This document shows positions 23,767 to 32,566 of a stretch of 50,382 nt of DNA, piece by piece. The stretch spans positions 1 through 50,382 of the forward strand of contig NKIB01013850.1 in NCBI GenBank assembly GCA_002256025.1, read 5' to 3'. Position 1 is the first letter of the stretch; each line of letters opens with the position of its first letter. Origin of the DNA: Asterionella formosa (Eukaryota). Position numbers and translations under genes: made by a program. The notes beneath the pieces were generated by a model that saw only the letters and a list, made by a program, of their open reading frames with translations, searched no databases and was not told the origin of the DNA.

Positions 23767-26700
23767 ATGTTCCGAGTTTCTCGCGTGGTGGCGTCTCGCA
23801 AATTCCTCCTGTCGGTCCCTCGCGCCTGCTTTTCAAATTCCTCCTTCGCCGAACCAGAGCCAACCCTATTTTTTCCCACCGACGCGACAAACAAACATGG
23901 ACAACTTCGTAGTGATATTCGAACCATGGGATCTATATTGGGAAAAATCATTCAGGACCAAAATGGAGAAGAAATCTTTGCCAAAGTGGAAACGATGCGC
24001 GCCTTGGCCAAGGTGAGCACTAGCTAGACTTGTTCGTGTTACTTACTTGTCCTAAATACTAGAGCGCATTTGATTTTTTACTAACATATTGATTGTGCTT
24101 GCCATTGCTTTCTTTTGATTGCTTGGTTCCCATGATAATCAGAACTGGAGGGAACTAGGGGCTGGTAGAGGCACCGAGCACGTCCAAGCCGACGAGGCCT
24201 TTCAAGAACTCGCCTCCTTTGCTTCCTCCATGAATAATTCGGAACTGTTTTGGGTCAGCCGTGCCTTTACGCACTTTCTTGCCATTGCCAATGCCGCTGA
24301 AAGTCACCATCGCGGAAGAATCATTGCCACCGAAGACCCGACGTACAAAGACGACATTCATGCCCTCTCTCACAAGAACGATTCATGTGGCGGTATTCTA
24401 CCGTTGCTGCTTCAAGACAAACATTCCAAACAGGATCTATTCAACGCACTCACTACTCAGCAGACAGAGCTTGTCTTGACTGCACATCCCACCGAAGTCA
24501 ATCGCAGGACTATTCTACAGAAGCAACGTCGTGTCCAACAACTCTTAACCAAGGCCGATGCCATTCGGGGCAATGCTCGCACAACATTGTATCAACAACG
24601 TGAACTCAATGATGCTCTCGAACGGGAAATTGCTTCCCTGTGGCAATCGGATGAAGTTGCACGGAGCAAACCATCCCCTCAAGAAGAAGCCGAACGTGGA
24701 ACACTTGTGGTGGAAACGGTCTTGTGGGAGGCAGTTCCAATGTTCTTGCGCAAGTTAAATGCCACCATGAAGGCACATTTGGACCAGGCATTGCCGCTCG
24801 CGGCGGCTCCTATCAAATTTGCTTCTTGGATGGGAGGAGATCGAGATGGAAATCCTAATGTTACTGAAAATGTCACACGTGAAGTGTGCTTGACCAATCG
24901 ACTCAAGGCTGCGACGTTGTTTCGACGTGATTTGTTACAGCTACAAGGGGAATTGAGTATTACCAAGTGCTCGGATGAACTGCGGGAAAAATTATCGACT
25001 GATTCAGCGCGAGAACCCTACAGAAAGTTTTTGGCTCCCATCATTGATCGTCTTGCCTTGACGATCGAATGGGCACAACAAGAATTGGACTATTTGCATA
25101 ACGGACAGACGACGTTATCCTCCCCCATGGAAGGAGTATATTTGAACAAGCAAGACTTGATGGACGACTTGTTGTTGATACATAGATCACTCTGTGACAC
25201 TGGAAATGAAATGACGGCGGATGGGTTCTTGGTGGACATTATTCGTAATCTCTCGGCGTTCGGATTGACCTTGGTGCCGTTGGATGTTCGTCAAGAAAGT
25301 GATCGTCATGCTGAAGCCTTGGATGCTATTACGCGGTACCTTGGATTGGGATCCTACGATCAATGGGACGAGTCGACTAAAATCAATTGGTTGATCCAGC
25401 AGTTGGCGTCCAAGCGTCCATTGTTACGGTCAGGATCTTGGAAGGAAAATACTGTGCTGTTCTCTAGTACTGCGGTTGACACGTTAGAGACATTTCGTAT
25501 GATTGCCGACCAGTACGAGGGCAGTTTGGGGGCATATGTTATATCGCAAGCCACCAGTGCAAGTGATGTTTTGGCGGTCTTGTTGCTGCAGAGAGATGCC
25601 GGAGTGAAGAAGCCTCTTCGTGTGGTACCGCTCTTTGAAACCTTGGATGATCTCAAGGGTGCCGCGGCGACGATGGAAGCTCTCTTTTCTCTTCCTGGAT
25701 ACATGGGAAGTATTGCTGGGAAACAAGAAGTCATGATTGGATACTCCGACTCTGCCAAGGATGCTGGACGACTTGCGGCTAGCTGGGCACAGTACGAGAC
25801 GCAAGAACAACTAGCTAAAGTGGCCAAGAAGTACAATGTCGAATTGACTTTTTTCCATGGCAAGGGTGGAACAGTCGGTCGTGGTGGGAACCCTGCCACT
25901 TTCAAGGCGATTCTGGCACATGCGCCAGACACGATCCATGGTCGATTCCGTGTCACGGAACAAGGTGAAATGATTACTCGTAACTTTGGCTATGCCGACC
26001 GTGCCGAGCGTACGTTGGATATCTATACCGCAGCTCTATTGGCTGAGAAGTTTACCAAGAGGCCAAGTCCAACGCCAGAATGGCGTGATATGATGGGCAA
26101 GCTGTCTGACCTCAGTTGTGCTGCGTACCGACGCATTGTAAGGGAAGACCCTCGCTTTGTCCCATACTTCCGCTCTGCCACTCCTGAATTGGAACTTGCG
26201 AGCCTTAACATTGGATCGCGTCCTTCAAAACGCAAGCCTGGTGGAGGGGTAGAAAGTCTTCGTGCCATTCCTTGGATCTTTGCCTGGACTCAGACGCGTC
26301 TGAATTTGCCAGTCTGGTTGGGAGTTGGTACCGCGTTGAGTGAAGTCTTGGCTGGGAAAGATGCAGATACGCTTCGGAACATGTATCGTGACTTTGGATC
26401 GTTCAAAACTACGATTGATTTGGTCGAGATGGTTTTGTCCAAGTCAGAACCATCGATTGCCAAGCACTATGACAATATGTTGGTTTCTGATCCAAAAGCT
26501 CAAGAGCTTGGAGAGGAAGTTCGATCGATGCATGCTAGGACGGAACATTATGTTCTCGACTTGACCGATCACGAGACGTTGACCGATAGCAACCCTCTCT
26601 TAAGCCGTGCCTTGCAAGTCCGCAACCCCTATGTTGATTGCTTGAATGTCCTTCAAGCTGAGACTTTGAAGAGGATTAGAGCTGATGCGGATGGAGAAGC

Positions 26701-26767
26701 TGAGCTCAAAGATGCTTTGATGACTACCATTACTGGTATTGCCAATGGAATGGGTAATACTGGATAG
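23767..26767 (+). CDS. ppc: Phosphoenolpyruvate carboxylase with mitochondrial-type presequence; exons 23767-24012 and 24143-26767 (about 956 aa)
   Basis: VLTAHPTEV, SWMGGDRDGNP, PLFETLDDL, QEVMIGYSDSAKDAG, FHGKGGTVGRGG, RVTEQGE, LRAIPWIFAWTQ and C-terminal GMGNTG. Phase-0 GT..AG intron at 24013-24142. Confidence 0.97.
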
Positions 26768-26932
26768 AATGGAAAGCATTTAGTTAAGGAATTTTTGATG
26801 ATTTTGTGTATGCAATCGTTTAATTGAATGAAAACGCGCTGGGTGTTTTCTTTAATTAAAGTTTAAGTTATTTCATTATGGGTTAACTACCGGTACTAGG
26901 GTACATGCCTGCGGAAAATATTATCACCCATT

Positions 26933-27434
26933 TTACTCTCGTGTTGCTGCAGTCACTTGGATTTCTACCAAAATAGCAGGTCTAGCCATTTGACTTTCTA
27001 CAGTAGCTCGAACGGGTTTATTCTCCGGATCCAACCATTTGTTCCAAACATCGTTCATTGGTTTAAAGTCCCTACTAATGTCCTTCAACCAAATACTAGC
27101 TGTCAGTAGGTTTGATTTTGATGTTCCAGCTTGTTTGAGTAAATCATCGACCTTGTTCAACACGTGCTGGGTTTGCCCAGCGACTGGTGAGTTTCAGTAA
27201 GAGGTGGTGAGTTGACGACGAGTGTTGCCAAGTGTGGAGGGACATCATATAGATGGCACGAAACTTACTATCCTCTGCAGTGGTATCTGTTTGTCCACTA
27301 ATGTATACCACGCTATTATGAATCACAATGTTGGACATGCGCGGATCAGCCGTCCCAATCCTTGTAATGCTGAGGGATCGATGAGTGAGACCACCAAAGA
27401 CCTGTTGTGTGGCCACTCGAAGGCGGCCTAACAT
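26933..27434 (-). CDS. Rid (YjgF/YER057c/UK114) family imine deaminase, YoaB/Rid2-like; exons 27434-27269 and 27183-26933 (138 aa)
   Basis: RMSNIVIHNSVVYISGQ, spliced D|IAGQTQHVLNKVDDLL, MNDVWNKW, PVRATVE (catalytic Arg) and LVEIQVTAA. 85-nt GT..AG intron; Arg-rich presequence. Confidence 0.92.
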
Positions 27435-27851
27435 TTATATTTGCTGTGTACTATAATAACAAGAGCAAAAAAAGGCAAACCAATAGCAATTATAAATACT
27501 ATTAGTAAGAATGGGCAATCATCCAAAAACAGAAGCGCCCACTTCGTTAATAACGTCCTTGAGGATACTGCTTTACAGAATTGACATTTTCCTTTTCGTG
27601 GAAATTTGGATCTTTCGTGGGCGGATCCTTTTTCGCTCCTGCTCGCCCGCCGGCCTGCGTCACAATATCATTGGAATATCCATGAATGGTGTGGCTATAC
27701 GACGACGATGGATGCGACAAGAAAAGAAGCATGAGGATGTTGGACTACGAGGGCTATGTACCTGGTACCGGTAGTCTAACATAGTTACTCCCCGTGCTAA
27801 TGATGTATATATGAGGAAGAACAAGGATCAGCACATGATTATTATACATTC

Positions 27852-28016
27852 NNNNNNNNNNNNNNNNNNNNNNNNNNNNNNNNNNNNNNNNNNNNNNNNN
27901 NNNNNNNNNNNNNNNNNNNNNNNNNNNNNNNNNNNNNNNNNNNNNNNNNNNNNNNNNNNNNNNNNNNNNNNNNNNNNNNNNNNNNNNNNNNNNNNNNNNN
28001 NNNNNNNNNNNNNNNN
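27852..28016. other. Assembly gap (N run)
   Basis: Continuous Ns. Confidence 1.
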
Positions 28017-28554
28017 AGGTAGACTACCAGGTAGTCTACCAGTTCAGTGGTAACAGTACCTGGTACCAGGTACCTGGTAAGGAGCACTCCTTTTTAACAC
28101 AACAAGTGTATACCAGTAGAATACCTGATTATGGTCAGAAGGAGTACCAGGAGTACATGGTACCAGCAAGTAACCACCCCCAGGTGCTGATAGCAAGATT
28201 TTATATATTCCAAGCTTCAAGTTTGAATCCAAACAAGCCCACACTAAGTTAAAAAGTTAATAGAGTTCATGATCCTTCATTCTAGGTTAGCAATGCAGCA
28301 GGTAGTCATGAGTCTTTTTGCAAAGGTGGACAAAGCAAATGCTGCAGGGTGGGTTTTTAATAGAGGCAAGGCAAGGCAAGCAAGAAACATTGTTCTTTTC
28401 ATAGTAGTACAATGCATTCACCTCAACTTCAACACTGTTTGTCAATTCAATGGTTGAACAAGTAACTCAATATTCCGCATTTTCGTTGGTTAAAAATATT
28501 AATCAAACAGAGGAATATGCATTTGCTGACTTCGCCATCATACATCCCCACCTA

Positions 28555-30180
28555 TTACACTGATGATGAAGGGAGTAACAAACTTTGTTCATCAGAAAAT
28601 GTTTGCTTGTCCAAACTGATATTTTCATTCATCTTCAATCGAAGTTCATCTCTCCATTTGGGGCCATCAATATTGAGAATGGTCAAGTAAGTATCTTCAA
28701 ATGTTGTCTAAATTTGAATGGCAAACATCACATATTAGTTGTCAATCTTCAACTCTTTTGCACACTAGGCACAGTAGTGCTTGGTATCACCAAAGGTGAA
28801 AATCTTCGAAATAAACCCACAGACACACTCAACACCTGTTAATGTAACTTACATAGGCCATTCCAAGATTGTCAAAGTCATTGTCATCAATACCAAATGG
28901 ATTATCCAACTCAATGGATACATATTCCAACCCCATAAATCCATAGGTCAAAATGAATATTGTTACACAATGAGCATAGACACTACTAGTGTCTGATAGT
29001 AAGGCAAATGGGACAGTGAAGACATCTGGACGAAAATGTTGACATTTAGAAATAACAAAATGGGGTTGATGAGTGGTGCAGCAAGGTAGCTATATCCATC
29101 CGGTGTATGGGCTTACTCACAAAAGAAAAGGAAGGTTCTTGCCATTTGAACAAGGGGAAAGGGAAATGGTGTTGTCAAGAATTTTCGAATGCTGTAGTTG
29201 TCATCATTGTGCATTGGGAAAGGGGGGTAGAAAGAGCATACAAAACGACGTTGAATGAGATGGCGTATATAATGTTTATTTCCCCCCTATTTAAGCGAAA
29301 CTCAATTTTCAATACACTTACCCAAAATATCCACTCAAAAAGGCATCAACATTGGCCATGAATCGCAGCTCTTGTGGAACTTCAATTTGATTGTCACCCA
29401 CAAAAATTTGTTTATGCAATCTCAATGCCTGCCTCAATTTAAATGCCATTCGAATGGGGACACGCATATTCTCTTCATACAAGGTGGTGGATTCATGTCC
29501 ATGTTTCCATCGACTCATCCCACCTTGATTGTTGCCAGTATCACAAAAGATATACTTTTGAATTTCCACCTTTTCTTCCTCACTCAACTCCTTCAATTCC
29601 CAACACGCCACATGAGGTGGATCCGAATAATCAATGACAGCCATGGCGGTACGTAACAGCACATTGGACCGGTACGCGACTAGATTCCTCCACTCCTTGA
29701 CTTGGTCATTGTCTAATTGATCACTAAGGACGACCACATTTTGCATCAGGGCTCGAGTTTCACGGTACATGTCTCCCAAGTACCCCCGTGCTTCATTGTA
29801 CCGTCCGATACTAATCGTCACACGGGCAACAATGAGAAAGGCAACCATGAGGTTCATAAATGAATGGCCTTTATCTGAAATGGCCAAGTTGATCTCGTGA
29901 GCGGTAGCCAGGTATTGAATCCCCGCAGAAAGGAAAACATTGAATAAACAATAGGGGAGAACCTATACAAGTGAGATAATTCAGTGAGTTGATTGATTGC
30001 ATCGAACATGTATTGGACTGTGTGTATCAACAACAACAAAAACTTCGTGGCACTTAGTATTACCTTGGGCCAAACAGATCCCCATAATTGAAAGATGACC
30101 TTGACATGGCTACTGCTGTCGTAAGTGACAGTGTAGCCCTGACGTTGATCTCCCTTATTGCCCTTGCGACGAAGCGCCAT
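28555..30180 (-). CDS. Bestrophin-like anion channel (YneE/VCCN-like); exons 30180-30064, 29962-29322, 29191-29121, 29025-28853, 28707-28555 (384 aa)
   Basis: Four GT..AG introns give one open frame containing GSVWPKVLPYCLFN, VAFLIVARV..GRYNEARG, IRKFLTTPFPFPLVQMARTFLFFYVFTVPFAL and GLEYVSIELDNPFGIDDNDFD (bestrophin acidic loop). Confidence 0.9.
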
Positions 30181-30368
30181 CTCCTTGATCTTGGTGCAGC
30201 AGACAAGGTCTGAACCCAAGGATGAACGATGATCGAACAGTCAAGCTGAGGATAGCTCGTATTCAACGATGAGAAGTAAGGAAGGCGTGCAAGAGCATCA
30301 GCCAAACAAAACACAACACAAGTGGTAAATGAGAACTAAAATGAAAGCTAATATTTTTAGGAAAATGA

Positions 30369-30565
30369 TATTTGTTCCCTCCCCCCGCCCTTTTTCGATA
30401 TTTTCTTCCCCCTAACCCTAACCCCTCCTAACCCTAACCCCTAACCCTTATCGTCAGATGCTATCTTTGAAGAGTCTATGTAGAGTTGCAGTATCTTTTT
30501 TATGTAGGGTCACGGGGACGAAAAAAATCGAAGTACCGGTAAGTAGGGCGGGCGGGGACGAAATA
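30369..30565. mobile_element. About 200-bp imperfect inverted-repeat (MITE-like) element containing telomere-type repeats
   Basis: Left arm 30369-30420 (tatttgttccctccccccgccct..ttcgatattttcttccccctaacccta) aligns with the reverse complement of 30505-30565 (tatttcgtccccgcccgccct..ttcgatttttttcgtccccgtgacccta). No clear target-site duplication. Confidence 0.5.
30410..30450 (+). repeat. Interstitial telomere-like (CCCTAA)n tract
   Basis: ccctaaccctaacccctcctaaccctaacccctaaccctta: five to six degenerate CCCTAA units. Confidence 0.85.
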
Positions 30566-30852
30566 GTACCCGCTGGTGCATACGTACCGGTATTTTGTTG
30601 ATATTGCCTCCCCCTGTTACGACACCGGTGGCATTTTGTTATGTGGAATCGTGATATGATCATTTTCATCAATGATCACAACCACCATTTAATAATTGCC
30701 AACTTCAATCATAGTACCGGTATGTAAGAAATGATTACAATCAGCAACATTCCATCCTCCTGTATAGTGGTATAGTACTTAGTTAAATAATATCTGCTCA
30801 AATTCCATCGTCCAGTCGTTCATTATTTGTTTTCATATAAAATATAAAAGTC

Positions 30853-32340
30853 ATGCCCATTACACCACGATTCCATCTCTCCCAAACCGAGACCCATATA
30901 ACCATTGACATTCATGTTCCTCACGTTCGTGTGAATGCTCAATCGGTAGAAATTTGGATCGAATCTGAACAAGGGACGGTTCACTTTTCGTCTCCTCCCT
31001 ACTTGCTCCTCTTGACTTTTCCCGATCAGTCCTTTGCGGCGACAGAAGAGGGCGAAACTGCCAAATATGACCCAATGAGAGAGGGCGGTATGGTTACAAT
31101 GGAATTGGAAAAGGAATTTCCAAACACCTATTGGCCTAATTTAGATCTTGTAGGGCAATTTACAGTCGGACAAGGTCCAACTCCTGCTAGTCCTAGCCCT
31201 AGCACTGGACCAACAAGAGTGCTACTATCAGGACTTGATGACGACAATGACAGTCGACCACGATATGGATTTGCCAACATGTTTGTTCAGTTCTTCACTG
31301 ACCTGGTCCGTGATGGTATGGCATCCGAAATGTTACAATTAAGTACTCCTGATGCAACTCCTGAAGAACAACGGCGAATACTACGATGGACTTTCGAACA
31401 AGAATCATTCCATCCGGATCGGTATTTAGAAGATGTTGATGTTACAGAAGATTACATTTATCAATGTGCCATGGAATTGGTACCGTTTTACAGGAAGGAG
31501 GAGGGCAATGATGATGATGACATTGTGATGCAAAAGTTGACACAGGAGTTTAAGAATTTAGCAACAATACCCAAAGAGACAGAAACAAGAATCATCCATT
31601 ACGACTACTTTACAGACGCAGAATCCATGCAACTGGCATCCATTGCCTATCCCATGTTACCTGATAGCACGATCACTACCAACCACCAAACAAAGCAGCA
31701 ACTCTTGTTGGGTCTACTGGATATTTTATATGCATTTGTCTATGATCACTTGGTCACTCAGGGAGACCCCACAGTAGAGTCATCATGGAACATTTCTACC
31801 TTGAGTTCCACTCTTAGTTGGTTGGATACCTTTCATGACATGAATGACATTGTGTCCGCATCGTTGCGGCGGACCTTAATATTTCCGTACTTACGGAATT
31901 ATGACTTTGCGTTGTACTGTTGGAATCAAATCTATTTGCTTGTATCGCAAGGGCGGCGGAGTGTCATTCGAGCACTTTTAAAAGTACGGGCTATACTAGA
32001 ACAAAGTGAATTTCATTATTTGGGGAACAAACTATACATTGATCCATACCTTTCATGGCTACAGAAACAACATGAACAAGGGGGAGTAAGTGACGAGGAT
32101 CTGCAGCAATTGGTCCAACAACTACAGGTGGCATTGGATCAAGTAACAAAGTCGAGTCTGGGATTGAACTTGACCGAGTTGGAAGATGAATTTCGCGGAT
32201 ATCAAGAAGAAAATCTAAATGATGAAGCATCAGAACCTGACGATGATGAGGATGACGATGATATTGACTATGACGATGAGGACAAGCCAGATCCACCAAG
32301 AGATGGTCCTCGGAGACCGTTGATTGAAGAGATTACATAA
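30853..32340 (+). CDS. SHQ1: SHQ1, H/ACA RNP assembly chaperone
   Basis: N-terminal CS domain ITPRFHLSQ..PYLLLLTFP; YGFAN, FHPDRYLED, ESSWNISTLSSTLSW, RRTLIFPYLRN, LNLTELE and C-terminal PLIEEI. Confidence 0.92.
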   Translation: MPITPRFHLSQTETHITIDIHVPHVRVNAQSVEIWIESEQGTVHFSSPPYLLLLTFPDQSFAATEEGETAKYDPMREGGMVTMELEKEFPNTYWPNLDLVGQFTVGQGPTPASPSPSTGPTRVLLSGLDDDNDSRPRYGFANMFVQFFTDLVRDGMASEMLQLSTPDATPEEQRRILRWTFEQESFHPDRYLEDVDVTEDYIYQCAMELVPFYRKEEGNDDDDIVMQKLTQEFKNLATIPKETETRIIHYDYFTDAESMQLASIAYPMLPDSTITTNHQTKQQLLLGLLDILYAFVYDHLVTQGDPTVESSWNISTLSSTLSWLDTFHDMNDIVSASLRRTLIFPYLRNYDFALYCWNQIYLLVSQGRRSVIRALLKVRAILEQSEFHYLGNKLYIDPYLSWLQKQHEQGGVSDEDLQQLVQQLQVALDQVTKSSLGLNLTELEDEFRGYQEENLNDEASEPDDDEDDDDIDYDDEDKPDPPRDGPRRPLIEEIT

Positions 32341-32566
32341 CTTTTAGGTCACTAGAGTATATTCTATTGCCGGTACAATTTATATTAGAGAGCTATAGAA
32401 AATAATCAAAATGTTCTTTGTTTGATGCCGTGCTAAATTTCATGTCAATGAACTGCGGTCTGTTTCTATGTATGTAGAGTAAACATAAGTATAAAATATA
32501 TATGCATGTATCAGATAGTACTATTGATCATTATTTACATATCCCTAACCCTATATAGCGCAAGGG

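Noticed and set aside
25360..25956. Antisense ORFs inside PEPC (and similar ones in the GTPase fusion, MnmA and the 18115-18954 gene)
   Set aside because: These are shadows of well-supported genes on the opposite strand with no motifs of their own.
6967..29321. Three of nine inferred introns are exactly 130 nt (thioredoxin, PEPC, bestrophin intron 2), suggesting an introner family
   Set aside because: No shared sequence is visible beyond splice signals, and the narrow 85-145 nt range makes coincidence plausible.
30410..30450. A true chromosome end
   Set aside because: Only about 40 bp, degenerate, and flanked on both sides by intact genes.
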